Positions 23,265 to 34,149 of a DNA stretch of 64,000 nt are shown here, in pieces (position 1 is the first letter of the stretch; every line of letters begins with the position of its first letter). The position numbers and the translations under genes were made by a program. Source of the DNA: Marsupella aquatica (Eukaryota > Plantae > Marchantiophyta); assembly GCA_973895155.1 (NCBI GenBank), contig OZ316895.1:22704558-22768557 (forward strand). Direction: 5' to 3'. Under the pieces are notes generated by a model. It was not told where the DNA came from. It saw only the letters and a program-made list of their open reading frames with translations, and ran no database searches.

Positions 23265-26200
23265 GTCATCAACATCACATCGCTCCAGATGATCAGTAAA
23301 TCTAAAGTTAAATATTGAAATTTGTGACTGTGCGGTATTGCAAGATCATTAAATCTCTTCTGAAAACCTTCTCATGAATCGGACCGGGTCTTTCCTTGTA
23401 TGAAGAACAGCTCGCAACGAGAGCATTCACGATGGTTACACGACGCGCTAGAGCTAGTCCCCCCATCGATCTGAGGGAAAAAGGCTCTGCATCGAGATCC
23501 ATCTGAGTCTCAGAGTGATCGCGAGCAGCAGCCATGAAAGGGTTTTACACAGAAGTGGGCCACTAGCATTAGCACCTGGGTCATTGTAATGGGAACCTCG
23601 TACTGGGTCACGTCTACAGTACAAAATAATGTCCTTTCCGTGAGAGACTAACTCTTCAAGTCTACTGTGTCTGGACTAATTATTGCGTCCTTCTCGATCT
23701 ACTGAACAGTTCTTTGCCATCGCTGCGTTCAGCAGTCCAAAATGAATCCTTGCCTCAACTTTATCTACCGAACCTACAGTACTTGTAAAGTGGGCCCACT
23801 TCACGATACAGCTAGGGGCTGTGGAAGAGTATAATCGATGGGAAAAGTAACCTTTGAACCTCCGAGAGATCTCCAATTTCGGTTGGAAAGTGACTCTCAC
23901 GCTTAACCTAGTTTGAGGGACTTGACGTCGCTCAGCTCGATTGCTTAGAAAACGTACCATAGAAATCAATTTCAAAGTGAAATCGTGATCCTAGTCATAT
24001 GCTTCGAGACTCCGTCACGTCGATTGAAAAACATTGGCCACTGTCTACTCAGGTCACTAAAAGATTATGCTTCCATTCGACAACTTCTAAAACGCATTCA
24101 GTTGTGGGACAGTCATCGGGACCGAGAGAATCAACGTCAAAATTGCCTTTGGGAGCTTCAAGACCAAATCACGAAGCTCTGTCTGTGTAGGAAGTGCTCT
24201 GAAAGTCTGCAAGAAAGGAAAGCTTGGTTCATGTTAATGAATGTCCCGATCAGGCATTAGAGTCGACGTCGGACGTCCTGAGTCGTACGTACGCTTCACG
24301 GGATTACTTCTGAAGAGCCTGGAGCAGAAAGATGTGCTAAACGAGTAGATCAAACGAGTTAAACCTCTCGAACCCATGAGGGCCATCAAAAGCGTAAATG
24401 GCTATCGGTCAAGCCTAATGACTTTTGGACAGCATTGCATCGCCCATATCTGCATGTCTTCTCACCTACAATCCGGGCGATTGATTTCAGTAGCTTCGAT
24501 CTGGCCGAATCACATCTAGGACAAACGACAAAGTTTCTGGCGGCATTCTCGAAATTGCTTCTTGCTTTCCATCCAACCATGCCAAGGATAAACCATATGC
24601 CATCCAGCCGCATTGTATCTAGCCGGCATTCGAATTCCCAATCCCCTCTGCTCATGCTGTCCCCAACGCCTATTTTACTGTAGGTCAATGCGGCTTTCGA
24701 GGACCACAGACTGGACAAAAAGCGAGACATTCAAGGAAAGAATTCCATATATAGCTACTCACTCGATACCAAGTTGGTCGACCCACCGAACACACGAAGT
24801 TTTTGAACCATAACTAAGGGAGAGAAAGTTATGTCAGTAGAAGCCGAAAGAAGGAGTACCGTGAGCTCAGGCTGACTTCACATACAGTTTGGGAGCAAGG
24901 AAAGACAATTTACGAGCATGAGGATCGAGGAGATTCGACGAGGGATATTCATGAGGAATTACGTCTTTGAATATCTCTAGTCCAACAAGAAGAGATCGTA
25001 CTCACGTGAACAAACATGTTGCCGGAAGCAATATCTGACTTAAATTCTTCGGCTCGAAGCAGAGGATCTGAGCCGGCCCAGTCAACCAGCTCTCTGCGCA
25101 GGGCGGATGCCGATTTTAAACTGACGTTTACTTGGCCATGGCTGTCCCCTCTTGTAACGTCGCTCGGCCTCCCGGTGTCAAAACATAAAGAACGGCACCT
25201 AATTAGCAATGGCTGGCGATGAAACAGTACATCTCCGGTCAATTTTCGGAAAGGGACTAATACGATGCCCACTCGACAAATTCCTGCACACACATGATAT
25301 CCACAACTTTGATATGCGTCGTTATGAATTCAATCCATTCATAGTGCAAAAGATTAGAAATGCGCAAGACGGAAAATCGCCCACAATCTCCCACCTTCCC
25401 TGTGGTGCAACCTAGCAATAATTGTGTGAACGTCAAATGTATACAAAAACAATGTCTATGGAAAATGACAACAGTAAATCGAATCATTCCGAACTCAAGT
25501 CCTCCTCAACCCGTGTGCCACCAAAATTGGATTCAGTGACGACATTGACCAGGTTTAATGACACAGCCGAGGTCTGATGCTAACCTGGCTCGGAGGCATC
25601 AATCAAATGAACTGGTGATCCATGGCAATCACAGGCCGTAACGCAGCCTGCCTAAATGAAATCGCTGTAGGTCCTGCTGATCCGCTGCTAGTAAAGTAAA
25701 TTTGATCTCTCGTACTTCCTGTCGAAGCTCTAAATTCCATCCAGAGAGAGTGCAGTGCCGATCTGTCCAGGGGTCCCCTGCTATCACAAACAGGAAGAAA
25801 AACTTCTTCATCATGACTTCGGCAATCACATTGAATTATAAGCTTTGCCACTAATGCACTGGAACGAGATATCTGGAGTGAGGACAAATAACGAGTATTA
25901 GCACATGTTGTTTGTTCATACGGAGAATTCAGTTGAGTTTCATACTTGAATGCTTCGTAGGGGATCGACCTGTGTGACCTTCACTCATTTCAAAACCGGA
26001 TTTCTATGACGGACCTCAGGACCCATCAATTTCATCGTGGTGTCTGGAGGGGGAGAACGAAATCAGCACCTTCCCTTACACGATGACCCCGCCAGTATAA
26101 CAATGATGCTTTCAAACAAAAGGATCCAGAATTCCAATTCGATCGGTTGCCAATCTAGGAATCATGTACTTCTGAACATTGGGAAGCCAGCCCATCGGTT

Positions 26201-26769
26201 TCCGAGGCCAACATCCTCTCGATCTCGTCGTGGAGTGCTACATTGTAAGGCCATCTGTGCGTGAAATCAACACCCTCCGAATAAGTCTCTGTGCATCGAA
26301 TTGAGCACCGAATCGCAAGTCCGTACGTTTGTGAATTTGATATCCTCTCTCTAATTATGAGTGAGCTGGTGCGGAAAGTGCGTCGGAACCTCCGATTTAG
26401 GAGTGGAAACTGTGATTTACGCAGGCTGGCAGAGGCGAATCACGCGGAGAGCGCAGAGAAGGATGACGCGGGAGGGTTAAGACATGATTGATGAGAAATC
26501 CATTCCAACATCCAGAACTCCAACATCGAATTGTCCCTCTCGTGTTTCTCCAATGCCGCTGATAATTAGTTCCATCTTTGGATGGGCTGGTTTGGAATTT
26601 GGGGTCCCAGATGGAATTTCAGGAGGCCTTTTGGTTCGACGGGAGTGCAGTGAGAGATGGATGTCTCGAGGGGAACGGAATCGATCGAGGGGGACGAATG
26701 GAATGGAATTGAGTTGAATTGAATGGGGCGAAATGCTGTAGCCTCGTGTGCGCATGTTGGCGACGCCAG

Positions 26770-27300
26770 TGCCTTCGCCTCCTCCTCCCCCCGGGCCTGA
26801 CCTGACCTGCCCTGCCCTGCCCGCCGGTTTCTCCCTTTAGGGGCGGCCCCGCTCCCTCCTCCTCAGCCCTGCCCCGCTGCCCGGCTCTGGGTTTTCGTCG
26901 CTTCCTCTTCTCTTCTTCGCTGTGGTACATCTCATTGCCAACTGCCCGAGTGTGGGTTTCGTCGTGCCCGGAGTCTCGGACTACGTTTCTCGAAGTGATC
27001 GTCCTCCTTTTCTTACCTCGCCCTGCCCGCTGCCCGACTCTGGTTTCCGTTGTGCCTGATCTCGATTCCTCTGCTCTTCCTCATTTTTTCGCGTCCCTGC
27101 CCGCTGCCTGACTCTGGGTTTCGTCGTGCCTTGTTTCCCTTCGTTTTCTCGTCTTCGTTTTTTCTACATCTCCTACCCGCATTGCCCTGCCCGCCAGTTC
27201 CGCCCTCAACGGGGCAGCCTCCCCTGCCTGGCTCTGGGTTTCGTGTCCGGTTCTTCTCTTCATCGTTTCATACGTCTCCTCCCCTCTGCCCGACTCTAGG
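26770..27300. repeat. GC-rich degenerate repeat array (CCCTGCCCGCTGCCCGACTCTGGGTTTCGTCG-like unit)
   Basis: About 6 imperfect copies near 26870, 26945, 27022, 27095, 27220 and 27285, plus a related CGACTCTGGGTTTC at 28623 beyond the LINE. Confidence 0.7.
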
Positions 27301-28491
27301 TTTTTTTTTTTTTTTTTATCTTGAAAGGAATCCTTTACTCATGAAAAAAGTAAAATACAATAAAACATGGACTAAACAGTGATCAGAAAAGTCAGATCAG
27401 AAAAGATCAAGGTCAATACAATCACCCCAAGATCAGACTCATCCATTCCTGAGGACAAGGGTAATTAAAACCAGGAACTAAAGTGGAATGTAACAACATG
27501 TCACCCACACTATGACACAACAAAAACGCAAGTCAGAGGGCTAAACAGCCCCAACTAGAGGAAAGAGCAAACACTGAATACTGAGCAAATGTCTATAGGC
27601 AAAAATCCAATACCGATCAACCATATGCGAACAAAACAGAGAACCTAACAAACTAACCACCTTGTAACATGAACATAAAAACAAATGTGTAACAAAGTGA
27701 CTAAGGATCAAGAATTCAGGGAAGGTCAAAAGCCCAGAGAGGTTTGTAATCTACAATGAATTTGTCATCCTTAATAAAATACAGTCCTCCATCACATCTG
27801 AAGTCCCGGCGCATCCTTCCAATCAGATCACAACCGTCACCACCCACCTCAGCAATATGAGTTAAGCCCTGAATCCAAACCACCTTCATGTTCAACCTAA
27901 TCTCCTTCCAGATAATAATCTTAATGCCCACAACCGCCTTTCACACTTTCTCTTTCTCCAGTAAACAACATGCTTTCCAGAGCTGCCATAAAGTAATCCC
28001 TCGTAAAATCTGCCAAAGTTCAAGGGGAAAACCCTGAGGTATACTATGTTGCGAGCAAACAGGAGATTTTCATAGTGAATAAATGTTATTAACAAGACAC
28101 TAATGGTTTCAAATTTCATTTGCTTTTTGGTGCCATTTCTATTTTTTGTGTTTTTTAAAGACTCCATATGGCTAGCAAGCTTGCTAGCAAAAAGGGGAGT
28201 CCCCAAAAGGGATGTTGCCAACCAGGTAGTTGATAGCGAGGCAGTTGGATGTAGAAAAATAGGGGTTGTGCAAGAATTGTTTTTGCACGTGCGAGGAAAA
28301 ATTTTACTGTTTGCTCGCACATTACCATAACCTGAAAACCCTGGGGAACATTTGATAATTGAGCCCTTAATAACGCATGTACCGCCTCAACATGAATCAG
28401 CCTTCCTGGAACAGAAGCATACTGCAGAATTCTAACAACCTGCTGCCAAATCATTTTAGATTCCGAGCAATCCCAAAGACAGTGAAGAGCA
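27301..28491 (-). mobile_element. 5'-truncated L1-clade LINE (ORF2 zf-RVT C-terminus, 3' UTR, poly(A))
   Basis: The minus strand reads ALHCLWDCSESKMIWQQV... After removing the MITE it continues PQGFPLELWQILRGITLWQLWKACC...IWKEIR. The poly(A) tail is the T run at 27301-27317. Confidence 0.82.
28037..28333. mobile_element. MITE (Mutator- or hAT-type) nested in the L1 fragment
   Basis: About 33-bp imperfect TIRs (AGGTATACTATGTTGCGAGCAAACAG / CTGTTTGCTCGCACATTACCATAACCT) and a flanking direct repeat GAAAACCCTG (28027-28036 and 28334-28343). Excision restores the LINE reading frame. Confidence 0.85.
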
Positions 28492-28519
28492 GTTTAGGGT
28501 TTAGGGTTTAGGGGTTAGG
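28492..28519 (+). repeat. Short interstitial plant telomeric repeat (TTTAGGG)~4
   Basis: GTTTAGGGTTTAGGGTTTAGGGGTTAGG. Confidence 0.85.
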
Positions 28520-31184
28520 ATGAATTTGGAGTTCTTATTCCTTTTCTAGAATGGATGCATAATGGTGGTGTGGGTGACTTTAGGTTTTTCGGTGCCTGTT
28601 CTCCATTTCTGTACCCGCTATGCGACTCTGGGTTTCTTTTTGCCTTCCCGCTCCTTGTGGTCTTTGTTGCGTTTCTGCCCTCTGTTCCTTTCATTAAAAA
28701 TAAAATAGAAGTGGACCTATGTCTGCTTACCCTTGCTTGGCTACTTAGTGTTTTAGTAAACCCATGCTCAGTTGATTTTGGAAGCCGGACTTTAATAATT
28801 TGGCAGAGACTCATGCTCAACAAAATAATATAAGATCATACCCTCATGCCTATGGCACTGGCTATGGACCCTGCCTGGAAGTGGTCTCCCAAATTTCCTG
28901 GCACCACGTCTGGCCACCTCACCAATTTCAGTCACAAACAGGACTGTTTATGTTTGCAATAACAAAGAGACATGATCATTTGTACTTTGACACAAAGGCC
29001 GTCAAAAATACGTAGACCTGGGAATAGTAAAAACCAGAATTTTCAAAAACAAATGTCAAAATAACAAACAGCATGGGTAACAAAGTGAGGAAGTGAACGG
29101 TAGTGCACAACCATCATAAGAAAAGGTGCATGCCTTCAAATTTCTTATACTAATGAACGGGATCAGATGTTTATGATTAAGAGTGATGGTTTGCACTTTA
29201 AAGGGATAGTACCTTAAGGTAGTGACCTATTCTTCTGGTTGGCGCAAATAATAAAAGTTGACCCCAAAAACTGTGGGCCAGAAAACTATACAGGCAGCTT
29301 TGGGAAATGGTGAGTAAATTAAATCTCCAGCCTCAACAGCCTGACATGTTTAGGGTTGAAAGCCCCCATAACAGTTTCATCTGTTGAATAGGCCACAAAC
29401 ACATTGCTGGCTATGAGCCAAATGCAGGGAAACTTAGACTAATATAATAATGTTCAAGTCATACAAAATTTAATGGCCAAGGGCAAATGTCTGGAACTAA
29501 ATTAACTTATCCAAATTGCCACTAAGGTATGTCTATGCCTTCCAGTTAGAATCAAGATAAAGTTTGATGTAGCGCATACATTGTGCATAGTAATTAGTGC
29601 CACTAACACTAATTTGAGAGTATCAATTTTTTGGGTCTACTTATGAATTAGTGTTAGTCACACTAATTTTGTAACAATGCTAAATTGCTAATTCTTACAT
29701 AACACTAAGACTAATAATTAGTGTGAACAGTCTAGTTCCAAAAGCTAGAAAACAACAGAGTTGTGCTCACTTTTTGGGAGAACCAGTGAAATTCCAGTTC
29801 TTACATCTCATCTTATCGTTTGCAAGTGTTCTAAGATATTCTGTTCCTTGAAACATGAATGGAAATCATTTTGTTTTTAGGACGGAAAAAAACAGAAATA
29901 TGAGATGCGGCAAATGGAAGCAGAATCCTCTTGCTCAGCAAGCGCTTCGAAATCTCGACGAAATGTGATACATTTCGCCTGATTTGCAGGACATTCGATG
30001 CGGCAAATGGAAGGAGGATCCGTTGCTCAGCAACCGCTTCGAAATCCAGATTAAATGCGATGCTCCAATTGCTGCACGAGACAAGAGGGAACTGAACATT
30101 TTTCATGGGAAAGTTTTAACACCCGACTTCAAGGAGTCGCAGATTTTCTCGGTTGTGTGAAGAGACTATGAGACACCGATTTCCAAAAGGATCTCGACTG
30201 ATAATAGACATTGTAACAATCTGCTATTTTCTAGTTTAGGTGACGAAGATTTCTGATTGCTAGAAGCAATTTTCTCAAAGCAAAGTAAACAAATGCTGTA
30301 GTGGCCAATGTTTCCAGACGGAACAATATCAAAAAGTTCCAACACCCGAAGTCAAAGAGTCTCAGATTCGCTCCGTTGTGTGAAGAGAAAGCGATACTCC
30401 GAATTCGGAAACGATCTTGACTGATGATCGATATCGTCACAATCTGTTTGTTGGTACAAGCACGGAACATTAGAATGGAGACCTGTACTTGGTCTATGTC
30501 GGAATGATTCCTGCGGAGGGACGCAGCACCACGGAGTACAGATGGGTTTGCAATTAGTTCCTCCTTCCGCAATCTGAGGCGCATAATCCCAGATTTGAGG
30601 GTGCCGTGCAATTTGTTCTCGGCGGAGAATTCGACGTGCAGAATTTTACATGCGGTCGACGGCAGCGTGACGGCAACCATCCTCAGACTAGTTGTCATAC
30701 GTCAGTCTTCAGACGAGCACGAAATGCGGCAACGTTTTAAATGTCTTCCTTCCTACGGTGAGGGCAGAATGATGGAACGAGAGATGAAATGAGACTCACA
30801 TGAGACGAACCTGTTTGGATGGCCGTGCTGCTTTCTTGAGAGTCTTCGATTGTATGACACCATTACAGTCAAGGCAACACGGCACGAAGAACGAGCAATC
30901 ATCCTCGGAGAAAGGGTGTTCACATCTTTGCGTTTAATATGTTCACTTCAATTGTATTTTATGATTCTTGATCATCAAATTCTCGATTGTGAAAGTACGT
31001 CGATGTCATGGTTTCCAGATGCGATGTGATAGCGCAATTCTAATCCTAGATATATTTCTTGAGAGTCTTCGGATCCTAGATCTACCTCGTCTCCTTCCCC
31101 TACGCCCCCATTACAGGAGTGTCAAAAAGGAACAGAAAGGAGCAATCAACCTTCGAGGAAGGATCCCGAAGATTCGCCACATAC

Positions 31185-31316
31185 CTGCACAAGTTTCTCA
31201 ACTTCGTTCGTTTACATGTTTGAATTTAAAATGTTGACTTGAATCACGCTCTGCACAAGTTTCTCAACTTCGTTCGTTTACATGTTTGAATTTAAAATGT
31301 TGACTTGAATCACGCT
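31185..31316. repeat. Perfect 66-bp tandem duplication
   Basis: CTGCACAAGTTTCTC...GAATCACGCT, two copies. Confidence 0.92.
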
Positions 31317-32761
31317 CTATTGAGTCTCTATCATGAAATGCGTGAGTGTGAAAGGAACGTCAATATCATGGCTTTTTTTTATGTGTGGAGCAATCCTAAT
31401 AAAAAACATCACTGCAGCACACACAACCCGCAAAATAACTACCACTCGGAGAAATCATTTTGAATCTGGTCACTCGGAGGAAATCAAAGCAATTCAATCC
31501 TTGAGCTACATTCTTCGCGGATTTCTGCAATGCATAAAATCATTTGAATTTCTGACGACTGTGGGTTCAATCTCAGCGGAAGCATAGCAATCATGTGAAC
31601 AGCAATTAGGTCGACTGTTGCGTATTTTCTTGGAGATCGACGACTCAGGACACACTTTCGGGCAAACGCATCGAGGGAAGCACAGCCACAATTGTGAGAA
31701 TCAAATGGCGGTTTCACCGATTTCAAACGGCCGGCAATTTCGGACTGCGTAATGTTGCCGCGCCCTGCTCCATATCCGGCTCCAGGCTAACAGGTAATAA
31801 CCGCGGGCTAGCTAATCTTGCGGAATGATCCTGTGACGATTCTGGTCGACCGCGACTGTTCTATCGATGTGGTTTCCTATAGATGTGAACTTCAGGTCAC
31901 CGGTCACAGAGGACAGATGAATAATGGTTTGTCTCACAGGTAGCTCGCAGAGTTTTGCAACTTTCTTACAGATATGATTTCCCATAGATATGACCTTCAG
32001 GTCACCTGTCACAGAGCACAGATGCAAAATCGTTGCTCTCACAGGTAGCTCGCAGAGTTTGAGCAACTCGGCAAAGTTGCCACCTGCTTGCACTACGGCC
32101 TCCTCCTTAAGTCTTCGCGTCACACGAGAGACTATCGAATCAGACGTCGGGCCATCGTTGAAAGGTAGCCATGCGGAACGGAAACACTCAAGTTTCAGAG
32201 TAGGTTTGAGGCACACTCACTGTTGTACATGATGTCGCGTGTCACAGAGCACAGACGGGAAACAGCTGGTCTCAGAGTTTGAGCAGCTCGGCGAAGTTGC
32301 CAATTCCAATGCCTGCAGCTACGGCCTCCTCCTTAGGAGTTTGCGTCTTCTCCTTAGGTGTTTGCGTCACACGAGAGGCCTGTCGAATGAGGGATGTCGA
32401 GGCCATCGCTGAAGGGTAGAGTGAGTGGTGCGGAACTGATTTGGAAAATGCTAAAACTGCTAGAATTTCAGTGTAGTGTAGGCTTGAGGGAGCACCACTG
32501 TTGTACATGATGTCGCCATGTTCGTATAAGAATCATACGGTACTAAAATTTCAGCGTAGGGTTGAGGGAGACCTACTGTTGTACGTGATGTCGCCATATC
32601 CCTCCATACGATTGCTCGAGTTCACTTCTTGGGAAGAGTGATCATTACACGTCGAATCAAATCGGCAAAACTTGACGATGAGCAAAACAATGATTCGTCC
32701 AAAGTCTACACGATTGCTGGAGTTCACTTCTTGGGAAACATTATGATTACAGTAAACCGGA

Positions 32762-33108
32762 TTTTACGCTCCTATCCACAAACTGGTCTGAATTATTCCT
32801 AACTTGGCCCCAAAATTAAATTTGAAAACCGCCTTTTACTATCCTCTCCCCAATCTGGTCTAAATTATTCCCAACTTGTCCCTAAAACTAATTCTAAACC
32901 GCCCTTTACTATCCTATCCCCAAACTGGTCTAAATTATTCCCAACTTGTCCCTAAAACTAATTGTATATGGCACTTTACTATCCTATCCCAAAAATGGTC
33001 TAAATAATTCCTCACTTGTCTCCAAAACTAATTTCAAACCATCTTTTACTATCCTATCCCCAAACTGGTCTAAATTATTCCTAGCTTGTCCTCAAACTAA
33101 TTTAAACA
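32762..33108. repeat. Minisatellite, ~70-bp unit, 5 copies
   Basis: TTTTACTATCCTATCCCCAAACTGGTCTAAATTATTCCCAACTTGTCCCTAAAACTAATT-like units, with CCTATCC at about 32771, 32843, 32912, 32982 and 33053. Confidence 0.9.
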
Positions 33109-33477
33109 GGCTTGGGACAAAAGTTATCACAATAGGCTGAACTTATATCTAAATCATATTATACAGTTTTGACAATATGCTCCAAAGTAAAGAAATTGAA
33201 GCCTATACTCAGATGGTACACATTACACAGGCAAGTGAAATGTGGCTTAAACAAGACAGTCATCTTTGGAAATTAGTGGCTCTCTCAATGCTTGATGAAA
33301 GTTGCAGGTATTAGATTTCTTGGAAAGATCTTTCCAGCCAGCTTCTAACAAAGTCAATAACATCCTGTTCTGTCGCATATCCAGAGAGAAATTGAAGGTC
33401 AAAATTTATTGATAATAAACTTTCTGAAGTGGGAAGAGTGTGGACGGGTGACAGTGTAGGGATGTCACAGTGCATGG

Positions 33478-33651
33478 GAATTGTCGTGTTCATAAGGATG
33501 GTGACAATTGTCTGATGATGAAATCTGACATGTTGTTGATTGTTGTTTCATTCCAAGTTAACCAGAATTGTCGTGTTCATAAGGATGGTGACAATTGTCT
33601 GATGATGAAATCTGACATGTTGTTGATTGTTGTTTCATTCCAAGTTAACCA
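33478..33651. repeat. Perfect 87-bp tandem duplication
   Basis: GAATTGTCGTGTTC...GTTAACCA, two copies. Confidence 0.92.
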
Positions 33652-34149
33652 GAGTTACTTTCCTCAACCAACAGTGGTAAAATGTGGCAATGTAATAATT
33701 AAACAAGAAAGCGGCAAAGTATGGAACTAGTCAAGAAATAGTGCATGGCAAGATAATAAAATGTAGAATTTCTTGCTATGATATCAGCTGTGTTCCCATA
33801 ACATATACACATCAAAATGTGTCAATATACAATGTTGTTTTTTTCTATTCTTAGTAACATTTTAATCAAAGTGGATTTCCGTTTTGCGGAACGCGAAAAA
33901 AAAATTAGAGATGAATTAGGGCTAACTAATTGTGAACTGAAGCTAAAGTTGGGGTCTACACTTCTAGAGTGAAGCCTCTAGCCCTGTAATTCTAGATAAA
34001 GATAAAACTAATAAGGACAAAATTGAAAGTAAATGCATACCAAAAACAGAGAAAGGAGCAAATATGTGTGACCTTATGTGTTTCTGTGTTTTGCTCCAAT
34101 TGGGTCTTTGGTCTTTGGTCTTTGGTCTCCTGGCTATGGAGTTCAAACT

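Noticed and set aside
28492-28519. True chromosome end or fusion scar
   Set aside because: There are only about 4 units in one orientation, with ordinary sequence on both sides.
33470-33730. ORF with a 29-aa internal repeat
   Set aside because: It is a consequence of the 87-bp DNA tandem duplication, with no evidence of coding function.
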